Part shown: positions 1-46,264 of the stretch, in pieces
Layout: each line of letters starts with the position of its first letter
Position numbering within the stretch: position 1 is the stretch's first letter
Assembly: GCF_037042905.1 (NCBI RefSeq)
Contig: NC_087245.1
Location: 33,730,001 to 33,794,000 of the forward strand
Source of the DNA: Lytechinus pictus
Taxonomy: Eukaryota
Reading direction: 5' to 3'
Length of the DNA stretch: 64,000 bases
The notes under the pieces: generated by a model
Seen by the model: the letters and a program-made list of their open reading frames with translations, nothing else
Told to the model about the DNA's origin: nothing
Database searches by the model: none
Position numbers and translations under genes: made by a program

Positions 1-18
1 TGTGTTTGCCAGCATTAA

Positions 19-3000
19 AGTATACATCCAAAGAAAATTCACGAAAGTGATGATTATAGACAAATTATATATGAATGGAAAGGTCTTGTCTTTTTATACA
101 CAAATATGTCACTAAAAAGTCTTATTGATGTCGTGGAAATGCAAGAAATGAAATTATTAGAGACCCTTCTCAGCCCCCCAGCCGCCCCCAGACCGACAGT
201 TCACGCAGTGAAAACAGTCGAGAATAATGACGTCACACAATCATCGAGCTCATTATCCCTCTGTGCATAATACACTGAATCACCTTACTGACCTCTTCAA
301 TATCTTCCGAATTTACCGTTTTCTTCATGTAATGTGACATCCGAATTCTGTTTTCGACAACTTCAGACTATAAGGGAACCAGAACTGTGTTATTTTGCCC
401 GTTTTTTATTGAATTGTGAACTGGAAAGATCGATTTTGTCCACTCGACAGTCTTCGTTGTGTTGCTCTACTAACTATTGAAAAACTCCAAGCTGCACGGT
501 CCCATTCACTTGCTCCCGATGCATGTTGCAGGCTACGCTGTTTGATCTAGTCAAAAGTCAAGGTAAGCATGTTTGGAAACTGTACTTGTTCTGACGAGGC
601 ATTCAGGTCAGATGACAGATACAGATCTGATATAAGTTTAGAATCATGCATTTTGGCATAACTACTATTAAAATTAAAAAGTTTTTATTTTAGAAATAAT
701 GTTTTTTCACAATTCCACCCAAGCCAAGGGTTCATTACATGCCGCCACGCACAGAAAAATCAAGCCATAGAAGTCGTGTGTTGTGGACCCAAGAAGTGAG
801 ATCCCAGACGCCTCCAGGCTAAGCACGCGCGACCCACTAGTTAGAAATCCACTGCCAAACGCGGTTCGTGGTGCGAGGTTAGTATACTAATACGTGTGAG
901 TGGCACAATTCCAGCAGATTTTTTCTTCAGATTTCTAAAACTGGTCAGGACTCAGGCAGGCGATTAAATTATTTAAATTATTTAGGAGCACTGAGTGGTA
1001 TGGACCATGGCTGAAAATCTGCTGTTTCAGAGGAATGTTTAAGTTTTTATTATACACAGAATTATATCACCATGATGCCGATGTCATGAAGCCAGACAAA
1101 TTTTCAGCAGTGATTACCCTGATTCCTGGCCAAAATCACTCACACGTATTGCGAGGTTAGTATACTAACCTCGCATGTTGTGTGAGTGAGTATTAGTATA
1201 CTACTAGTAGGTATTGCGAGGTTAGTATTAGTATACTAAACACGAACCGCGTTTGGCAGTGGATTTCTAACTAGTGGGTCGCGCGTGCTGGGATCTCACT
1301 TCTTGGGTCCACGACTTCTATGGCTTGAATTTTCTGTGCGCGGCGGCATGTAATGAACCCTTGGGTGGGCCAAAATTAGAGTCTGGTGTTTCTTTCTGAT
1401 TAGAGTGTTGCTGCATATATGTATGCGTAATGCCTTCAACAATGAAGATAAATGCAATCTTTGTAATGACACAGAGACTCAGAGAGCACCGTACCTCAAG
1501 TGATGTTCGTGTAGTCTCCACTTCACTACTGGAGTACTGCTACAGCCTACACTACGCTACACACCTACCCGGGTAGGTGTGGCGTACATGTACGGTAGTG
1601 TAGCGGTAGTGAAGTGGAGTGGGGCCTACACAAACATCACTTGAGGTAGAGCACCAGTGTTCTGAGTGGAACTTTTCAGGTGTCTAAACCTACTATCGTT
1701 TGTTGTTGACCGGAAATTACATGCCACCGCAAGTCATCAATCATCACGATAATTAAATTCATACTTTGATTTGATTATTTAAACTATTTCTTTTTTTCTC
1801 TCTTCTACACACAGATCTGCACACTTGCTGACTCTGGTGACTTCTGGTCTCTGCTTGCTACCTCAATCTGGGAGGTTCCATCATGTCCTTTTACTATGAT
1901 TTGGGTATAGCCATTTTATTCTTCACTCTTTCCAGGACCTACGGTTTGCAAGTTGTGGACTGATAATGATACAAAAGAAAAATTTTCTTTATCAATCTTG
2001 GAAACAATTTTGAGCACAGTTTTGGAGAGAACTAAGAAATTTGACTTGGACAGGAATATAGCTTGTCAAAAATTATAACACACAATTTAAACGAAAGAAC
2101 AATTTTAATGTTACTCGGGCATTTTGCGAGAAATGTTATACTCAATCACACGTCCCAAATCAAGGGTAAGTCCTTTGATTAAACATGTAGTTGAATTGCG
2201 ATTGCAACTCGACCTTATTACGCTTGAATTTGAATTTAAGACTTACGCTTGATTTGCAATTGAACATTAGTTTCTTGCAGTGCCCCATAATTATGTTTTG
2301 TTATCAGATATTTAACGTGCTGATTTTTCTCGAAAGGTATAATATATTTGTCCTTTTAAACGCTATTTGAATATGGGTACGCCTTTTATTTGTTTTCCAC
2401 AATATTTATTGCATGTATGAACAGAAGTGAAATATTTATTGTGAAGCACTGTGAATGTTGTGTGATGGTTCATCATGTTTGTTATAAGACTGAAAGCCTG
2501 GTGGATGTGAGGAAGTGGCCTGGATGAAAGAAAAGTGAACATGTGTCCAATTACTGATTTGCATATTCTAAGACAATTTTGTTTCTGGATAAATTTTGCT
2601 ATGCATTCCCTACATTAAGAGTAAAGGAGAAGTCCACGCAATCAAAAATTCATTTGAATTTAAAGAAAAATAACAAGATATTGCAGGAAATTTCATAAAA
2701 ACTTTGTTTCAAATTTATATAATTACTATTTTAACAGTTCCATAAATATAACCTATTGTGATCAGATGAAGAGTTTCCTATCGTCAAATCTGCAAAGAAT
2801 AAAAAACAAAATGCCACAAAAAATAGAAACGAATGTGATGTGAGTGACAACTCTAATTTGCATATCATTGTTTTGTGTATATGACTGTTTTGAGTAAAAA
2901 CAACAAGGGAAATTACTCTATTCAAATAATTTTTAGTTGATGTGGACTTGACTTTTAACTCTACCCCTCCCATCCCAAATAAGAGTAGAAATAATCTAAT

Positions 3001-3908
3001 CAAGAACTTGAAAATCAAAAGCAGCAATTAAAAAGCAAGATTTGATAAATACAGGTCTGAATAGAATTTCACAAGAATATAAAAAGAGAAAAAAAAGATG
3101 GGTAGGGACGGGGAAGGAATAAAAAAAAAATACCCAGAAAAAAAAAATCCGAGTTTCGAACCAGGGTCCTCGCACATGACAAAACAATGGCCAACGCATT
3201 TGGCCACAGACCATCGCCCTAACGGGAAGGCATTTTTAAGATATATGAAAGAAAGTCCGCTCGCCGCTGTTTCCTAATAATGCTTCGGCAATTCAACTGC
3301 AATTTCAGTCATTTCGCGATGGATATTGCCGTGTTTTTTTTTGTGGTTCCTGACTTTGCTACTAAATGAAATTTCATAATTTTTGTTCAGTCATAAAGAA
3401 GAATATCTATGCATTATATTGACTATAACATTAATGTGACGCAAGTGTGATTTCTACGTGAAAAAAATATGCTTTGTTTATTCACATATATTTCTTTTAA
3501 AAAAAAAAATTCTAAGCTAAATATCGGTTACCAAAATACGTTAAATGTGCACTTTTTTTCACTGTTCAGTAAATTCAAACTTTTATCTGTATAACAAGAC
3601 CAATCTTAAGAGGAATAAACAATTCTAAGAGCAAAAAACGCTGATTGGAAAGATCGTCTCCAATGGGCTGCTGTCAGCTCAGCTGCTCACTGCTCATTGT
3701 GTGACGTCACTCAGCTGGAGCTCGCAAGAGGACCGGTGGAAGGCAGAAATATGGCATGAAAATCAATCATTTTTGAGAGCTGATTTCTGCAATCTCTGAT
3801 CACTATTTTGAAAAGTGAAGTTATATATCTGATCAGTAATACTTCCCCTTTACAATGATGACCACATAAAGTCATTATAAAATACTTTTGATTCTTTGGA
3901 TGTATACT
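19..3908. mobile_element. Non-autonomous Kolobok-like DNA transposon (~3.9 kb)
   Basis: TIR AGTATACATCCAAAGAA (19-35) / TTCTTTGGATGTATACT (3892-3908); flanks TTAA / TTAT; AG...CT termini; subterminal inverted TGACGTCACACAAT at ~228 and ~3697. Confidence 0.7.
715..1368. repeat. Long imperfect inverted repeat (arms ~715-870 and 1241-1368) with inner palindromes
   Basis: ccaagggttcattacatgccgcc...ccaaacgcggttcgtg vs cacgaaccgcgtttgg...ggcggcatgtaatgaacccttgg; palindrome gcgaggttagtatactaacctcgc at 1151. Confidence 0.9.
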
Positions 3909-4542
3909 TTATTAAGGCAATGATGCCATGCAGGCTGCACCCCCAATCGATGGATACAATAGATATACATGTAGCTATGGTATGCTGCTTCATACAACAA
4001 AATATGAACCCATTGTGCAGATTGAGAATTGTGATTATACTGTTAATGAATATATCTTGAGTGGAAGAAGCATATTTAGTTACAGTGATTTTTCATTTTA
4101 AAATACATGCATAGCCTTTTCCATTTCTGAAAACTTATGCATGTAATTCTGTTTCAAACTTGATCTTGAAGGGAAATTCTGTTTCGTGATAGAAAATGCA
4201 CACAGCTAATACATGAATTAAGTATTGCAAAGGTATATTTAATGACTATTCACCAGAAAAATAAGAACCAAAACAGATCTTATATTTTAATTTATTGGTA
4301 AAAGGAAAATCACTTTCCCTACATGTTCCCGTAATTTGTGTTGTTTTTTACTTAAAAGTTTTATATGCTAAGGAGACAACCTATGCATATTCTATCCTTC
4401 ATGAAATTGTGAAATTCTATCGTAAATTAATGGCCTTGTAATTCATATATTGGTAATGATAATAACAATTATAACGGCAAGAATAAAAATATACTAATTT
4501 GGTCGTTTGCTGCGTACATTTCTAAATGTGTTTTATTTCTAG

Positions 4543-39569
<35,027 letters not shown>

Positions 39570-39599
<30 letters not shown>

Positions 39600-40355
39600 G
39601 CTATCGTTCCTTGGAGTGGAAGCTTTCACATCCGAGGCAAAGAGTGAGTTATTATTGCTCAAACTGGAAGCTTTCGTATCTGGAGAAATCTGAAATTGAT
39701 GAGGATTTTTTAAGCTTAAGCATGCCATATTAATTTACCCTGTTACTATAATGATGAGACAGTAATGGATTATACCCAGAGTGAGTTATCGATTCTTAGA
39801 AAGGAAGCCTTCGTGTCTGAGGAAATATGAAATTGATGAGGATATCTGGACATCCAGGACGCCATCTTGATTGACCCTGTTATCATGATATGAAATGGTT
39901 TATACTCTAGAGTGAGTTACCATTTGGAGTGGAAGCTTTCATATCTGAGCAAATCTTATTTTGATTAGGACTCTAATAAGGATTTCTGGATCTTCAAGAC
40001 GCCATGTTGATTGACCCTGTTACCGTAATGATAAGACAGTCATGGATTATACCCAGGGTGAGTTATCAATTCTTGGAGAGGAAGCCTTCGTATCTGAGGA
40101 AATCTGAAATTGATGAGGATATTTGGAGCTTAAGGACGCCATATTGATCAACCCTGTTACCATAATGATAGGATATGAATGAATTATACTCAATGAGTGA
40201 ATTATCATTCCTTGGGGTGGAAGCCTTCATATCTAAGCAAATTTGTAATTGATGAGGATTTTCGAAGCTTCAGGATGCCAAATTGATTAAACCTCTTACC
40301 ATCATGATAAGACAGGGATGAAATGTACTGAAGCAGTGAGTTATTGATTAGGAGC
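39570..40355 (+). repeat. Degenerate ~138-bp tandem repeat in PITRM1 3'UTR (about 5 full units plus partials)
   Basis: Motif (g)agtgagtta...ggaagc(c/t)ttc(g/a)tatctgag...ttgatgagga recurs at 39642, 39779, 39910, 40056, 40195 and 40334. Confidence 0.9.
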
Positions 40356-42807
40356 GGAGGCTACTATTCCCAAGGGAATATCATATTAATGGGCATTCCA
40401 CATCCTGCCGTTGCTGTAGTCATCAAAATGTGAAGGAAACAAGATCAAAAACAATTTTTCAAGAGAGAGGAATGAACATCTTGACCTGTATTTCTGAGAA
40501 TATTAGCTCCATTCCATTCTATATGGAAAAAAATAGATGACAAGTATCTAACTATTCAAATAGAATGTTCCAATCCTCTCTCTTTTTTGTAGTGATATGA
40601 TGTCATCTTATTTAGAGTCCATTCTTTATAAGAAAATTGCATATTTCATATCTATATTTATAATCAAATCATATTTATTTTTCAATCAGATTGAAATTCA
40701 ATTTTTTCATGCATATGAAATCCAATCTTTCAAAGCAAAGTCGAATTTGAACCGTTGGATTTCTATCTTTCCAACCAAATTGGATTCCAGTTGGATTTCA
40801 ATCTTTTTTCAAAAAAATTATGATGCCCAACTGCCCCAACAGTATAGTTTCTATCTCCACAAATGAAGTCAATTCTAAGCAGTTGATTTTCTTTTCCTTT
40901 AATTTCATCTTTATTTCACAAGCCAACTGAAAATGCTCATTAAAATACATAAAATACAGTATAAACAGTTATGAAAGACGGACAATATCCAAGATTTGCT
41001 TTTTATGTCTTTATTTCAGGATGTTGTATTGATCAGGGGCCAGTCTCAGAGGCTCAGCAGCCAATCACAATCCAGGTGGGTGTTTCATAAAGCTGTTCGT
41101 AAAGTTACGCACAACTTTACGAACGACTGGAACATGTTCTTAGGTCATAAATCAATTATACAAGGAATCATCTAGCATAAGAAAGGATCACCAGTTGTCC
41201 GTAAAGTCATTCGTATCTTACAAACAGCTTTATGAAACACCCACCAGGCCTCCCTGGTAGTTACAATGATGATAAAGATACCTTAATCATAATTTTTTAA
41301 TGAAATTGAGCCCACAGTGTTTGACGTTGATCTTAAACGAGTAAAATTACAAACTTTGTAAGGAATGTAAGCTCCGATATCTTGCCTATCACTTTGGATA
41401 CATGCATGTCTACTTTCATATCGATTTTTCCTATGAAGTGAAAAAGAATAAAGCTACTTCTTGTTGTCAATAAACAAATCGCAATGACAGAGAGTTGAAG
41501 ACTGGTAATGTTAGTTCAATAAGAGTGGTAGGAAATGTATGTGTAGAATTAATGACTATGCATCTTTATCAGGATGTGAATTTGGTACTGAAACCTGGGG
41601 ATATTTTCTTCAACATTTTTTCTGACAAGTTGTCAGATCTTCCTTTGATTCTGGTTTGGCTAAGAGGCACTACTACTGTCATGGTATTACTGTCAGATAA
41701 AACAGGACTTGTCAGATAAAAAGTCCGAAAACTCCTTTCATGAAATGCTCCCCAGAACCTCTCACTTTCCCATGCATTGTCAATCAGAAGAAGAGGATCA
41801 GGGGTCTGTTTTATAGAGTCTCACAAATATGGTAACTATTGTTACTACCATGGAAACCTTAATTGTGATTGACTGATGGGTCCTGTTACCAAGGTTGTTG
41901 TCATAAAGGCACAGTTACCATAATTGTAGCTGTCAATGAAGCAGGTCCCCTAAACTGTAACCTTTCCAAGTTATTGTTAGTGGTTACGGTACATAACTTT
42001 GCCCCTTTCTGTACTGAATATACACAGATGAGATATGAAATGCAGCCATTTTATGTACTCATTTTTCTGCTGAAAGGTGGTATCTTCCTAAGCTATGAAA
42101 TATAAAGTTATTGTATGAATTCACAATTTTTTTTAGTACACAAATATATATCATATTAATTATGATACATTCATAAATCGTTCATAAATTTGTGTGGAAT
42201 TTTATTTATTTTAAATGTTAAAATCATATGGAGCGTAAAGGTGTATGTTTTTTGACACATGGCATGAGCGTGTTCAGTGACAAATGTCAGCAATATTTCT
42301 TTGTAAAATAAAATGAAATTCAATGAATTTTGAACAGGCAAGAGACATTCTTTTTTTTTTTACTGCAAAACTATAGAAAATGATATGTGTTAAAACCTTG
42401 TGTATTTTTCTTTGTCCAAACTCGTGAAAAAAAATTCATGGCATCACAAAAAAAAACATGATGTGATGAGTGTTTTCCCTGCATGAAGCAAGGTTAACTT
42501 GCATTGCTTAAGTTACCCCTAGGTAAACTTGCATTGATAAGTTTACTTTGGCCAAACGTTTATCGAGATAAAAAGTGACCTGTTAGTAAGGACCACTTAT
42601 CCGCAGAGATGATATTTACTATTCTCCTTGAATATGTGATAAATGTATATTTTGAGCAAGTTTGCAAGAACCTGTCTCTAATGACCACCTGCCGTAACGT
42701 AAAGGCAAATTTAAATCTTTGGGGTTCTTTATAGACAGTTTCAACGGCACCTACAAAGTTAGAAATCCAAATTGTTTTCTATGTAATATATTACAAAGAC
42801 CTATTGC

Positions 42808-43049
42808 CTACATGTATGTACTTGTATCGGCGCCATCCATCTGAATAATAGTAGAAAATGCTACAAGGAATTGAGTCAGGGTGAAACCGATGATGCCACC
42901 TGCGACAGCGTCCGGGAGATAGTCTTCAAGGAACTTGAGCTGTGGGTATAAGGATGTAACCTGTCCTGGATCTCCCTTAATGAGAAAGAATATGAGGCAT
43001 GGTACCAGGTCATCTCCGCCTACTTGGTAATCATCGACACCCATTTTAC
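42808..43049 (-). CDS. Last coding exon of a VPS9-domain (Rab5-family GEF, VPS9D1-like) protein
   Basis: caacAG|GT AAA ATG; translation ...QVGGDDLVPCLIFFLIKG...LKFLEDYLPDAVAGGIIGFTLTQFLVAF matches the VPS9 pattern G(A/G)DDLLP...L..LE.F......G..GY.LT; TAG at 42810-42808. Confidence 0.82.
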
Positions 43050-43345
43050 CTGTTGATCATAATGAAAGTATCAGGAATAATGATTACCAAAACCAGACAC
43101 CAAATCGTCTTGACTGATATAGGAATTAGAGTGTGCATGGTAACTATATAGAAGGCATGGTCTTGAACTAGAAAGAGAAGTGAGGAATGAAAAGAGGACT
43201 TATTTGATAATCAGAGAACAGATAGATTGCTTTAAGCAATGTGGTTGCCGTTTGAATTACCGACCGTACATCAAGTTGGTGAAATTGGAAAAGATATCAT
43301 AATACAATATAGTTATAATATCAGTGAATAACTTGTAACACTTAC

Positions 43346-43994
43346 GTGAGACCTGTTCTTTGACCGACTCAGTCAGAGCTTGAAGACACATGACCAACCA
43401 GCGAAGCTTTGCCAAAGGAAACCTTTCTTGTAACACCATCCTCAGACAACAGTATGGCTGGCTGAACATCTCTTCAAAAGTCAAGGGTCCTTCCAGCAAA
43501 CTGTTTGTGCTATACCTCTCTTGTCCAGGATTAGGAAGGGTGCCCTGTCTTTCAGAATGCCCGTTTCGGAATTCTGCCATGATGACAGAGAAATCATCGA
43601 TATCTGGCGAAAAAAGTGTCACATCACGCAAGAATGGGTACAAGTTTTCCATCTCCTCAACCAGATTTGATGTCACAGATGTAAGTGAGATACTGTCCGC
43701 ATTTACGTCACGTTCCCCTACATCTTCACAGCTGGCATCCTCTTTTACCTTCTGGCTACTGACCTGACGAAGATCTTCCACTGTCGTTGATTCTCTGTTA
43801 AATTCATGTATAGATGATTTGTAAGACACTGGCCTAGTGGAATCTTCATCAGTTTGGGTAGTCTTTTGTGTGATTTGTGATGTAGAGATTTCGAGAGAAG
43901 ACTGGTTTATCTCAATAACTCGTACACTTCTTTGCTTCCTTTTCCTGGGATCATCTCGTGAGTGGCGCAGCTTTACCTCGCTGTCATATTCGAG
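43346..43994 (-). CDS. Large internal exon of the VPS9-domain gene (copy 1, complete)
   Basis: ttcatgcAG|CTC GAA TAT; open for 649 nt; donor C|GTAAGT (phase 1) joins the next exon as CGT; ends in the VPS9 N-terminal helices (QPYCCLRMVLQERFPLAKLRWLVMCL). Confidence 0.78.
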
Positions 43995-44888
43995 CTGCAT
44001 GAATGTGGTATTGGACATTCATGATTGCATAATGCATTTGATATTTCTAAACTTTATCCGTCACAGCATGCATAGAAATATGACCCTAAGTTGAATATTT
44101 GCCTTACTTTTCTCTGTCCGCTTTCCCCTATTTCTCATTCTTTTACTTTCGTTTCCCAAAAACTCCCCTAATTTTGTGATTAGTCATCACAATAGAGTGG
44201 TAAAATATGAATTTCAGTGGCGGCACCTGGAGGAAGGGGGGGGGGGGGGACGGTCAGAACCTTTGCTGCCTAGAAAAAATATGTATAGTAACAAGCATGT
44301 AGTCTTTAACCCTAAAAGTAGAGGGTGGGCTGAATCCACCCCCCCCCCTCTACATTTTTTCACGATAAATCCGCCGAGTGAAAATTTTTCAACCGCGCCG
44401 CTTACTGACTTTTTACTTTCAAATCTTGTTCAACTTTTGAGACCAAATTTGCGATGCCCGAGTACGCGGTTACGAAATTATTCAACATTTTGTAAGTGCA
44501 CTGCATGTCAGACTCAAAACTGCTCAAAAACGTGAATTCTTGAACAAATTCAATGCAAATCGCGTATTTAGCCAAAATTCGTAAATGTATCATTATTTCT
44601 ACTTTTATTGATTAAACTGAATTACTTTTGTCTTGTTTATCATCAGGGTCATATTTACCAAGTATGATTATAACTGATGTAGAAATAAAGCAAACTGAAC
44701 AAAAGACTAACAATTTTGTAACAGACTAATACCGCTTTCAGTAACTCACGATTCTTCGTTCCGCATCAAGCCCAAACTTACATAGTCGGCACCACGTACA
44801 TGATGTAATAAAAATCGCGATCAGTAACTATAGCAGAGCCGCTCTACCTTTATGATCACCCATTCTAAAACTTGGGCACATAAGGGGT

Positions 44889-45147
44889 AGCTTGCATCCT
44901 CATTTACCTTCTGGCTACTGACCTGACGAAGATCTTCCAATGTCGTTAATTCTCTGTTAAACGTGTGTATAGATGATGGGACAGACAGTGGCCTGATGGA
45001 ATCTTCATCAGCAGCCTTCTCTGTGATTTGTGGTGTAGAGATTATAAGAGAAGCCTGGCCTGTGTCAATGACTTGTAGACTTCTTCGCTTCCTTTTCCTG
45101 GGATCATCTTGTGAGTGGCGCAGCTTTACCTCGCCTTCATATTCGAG
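44889..45147 (-). pseudogene. Truncated duplicate (copy 2) of the VPS9-gene large exon
   Basis: LEYEGEVKLRHSQDDPRKRK...LRQVSSQKVNEDAS is nearly identical to copy 1; same acceptor; ends abruptly at a repeat junction near 44889. Confidence 0.8.
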
Positions 45148-45772
45148 CTGCATGAATGTGGAATTTGACATTCATGATTAAATAATGCATTTGATATTTC
45201 AAAAATTTATCAATCACAGCATGCATAGAAATATGACCCTAAGTTGAATATATATGCCTTCTCTCTGTCCGTTTTCCCCTATTTCTCATTCTTTTACTTT
45301 CGTTTCCAAAACACTCCCCTAATTTTGTGATTAGTCATCACAATAGAGTGGTAAAATATGAATTTCAGTGGCGGCACCTTGAGGAAGGGGGGGGGGGGGT
45401 CGGTCAGAACCTTTGCTGCCTAGAAAAAAAAAATATGTATAGTTACAAGCATGTAGTCTTTTAAGCTGTCACAAGCAGCTGTCAAGTAATTTAAAAATTC
45501 ACTACTGTTCAAAGCTACAAATTTTCTCATTCGATTGCTAAGCTCTCTTGGATTAAAAAAAAAATGTTTCAATCATAGGGGCATTAGGAGAGCTCCCCAG
45601 TTTGAATCTCTGTCCTATATTTGTCCACCCTACTATAGAAATCGTGGTGCCTCTACTGATGAAGTTGTGTTGGGATACCCGACCCCCAACTACGGAAAAA
45701 GAATTTAATGGTTTTGAGTGAGTAGCCAAATATCTGACAACTAATTTTTACCCCTACATATGATTACGATGT

Positions 45773-46264
45773 TTATATTTTTAATAATTTTAAATGACTG
45801 AACACCTTCTGCAGCTGGGGACTAGAAGGGATGCACTGTTTTCCAGATTGAGACTCCTGTACAGGTTGGTCATCAGGAATATCTCTCTGATCCGTTGCTT
45901 CAAGATCCACATCATTGAGGAATGGGTAGAGGTTTTCCATCTCCCTAACCAGATTTGAAGACACGGATCGATAGAATGCACTATTCTGCTCTAAATCTTC
46001 ACCACTGAGAGCCTCACTTTGGTCATGATCTTTATGCGTATCAGCTGCAGCTCCTTCTGCTTGGTTGATGGAGCCTTGCGTTGATATTGAGCTGGTACCT
46101 CCGGTAGATGTACCATAATATTCTTCTATAAATGATATTGGATCAACTTCTGGAATTCCAGACTGAAGAATATCAATGACCCTTTCACCACTCAAATTCA
46201 TGTTTCTTGGATCAGCCGAAGGGAGGAGCATCTGAAGTAGCTTCGCTTCAGCATCATATGCGAG
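45773..46264 (-). CDS. Diverged paralogous copy (copy 3) of the VPS9-gene large exon; alternative/terminal exon or relic
   Basis: ttctctgcAG|CTC GCA TAT GAT; LAYDAEAKL...DPR...SVSSNLVREMENLYPFLNDV vs copy 1 LEYDSEVKL...DPR...SVTSNLVEEMENLYPFLRDV; open to TAA at 45773; only a weak phase-0 donor (AAG|GTGTTC at 45806). Confidence 0.6.
   Translation of the reverse strand, partial: LAYDAEAKLLQMLLPSADPRNMNLSGERVIDILQSGIPEVDPISFIEEYYGTSTGGTSSISTQGSINQAEGAAADTHKDHDQSEALSGEDLEQNSAFYRSVSSNLVREMENLYPFLNDVDLEATDQRDIPDDQPVQESQSGKQCIPSSPQLQKVFSHLKLLKI

Noticed and set aside
39642..40340. 3'UTR array as a CRISPR-like array or SECIS elements
   Set aside because: Units are similar along their whole length with no unique spacers, the context is eukaryotic, and the spliced PITRM1 frame has no internal TGA needing recoding.
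43995..44018. MSNTTFMQ / MSNSTFMQ as true start of the 253-aa and 116-aa ORFs
   Set aside because: Similarity to copy 3 starts exactly at a shared tgcAG|CTC acceptor, so these residues are most likely intronic.
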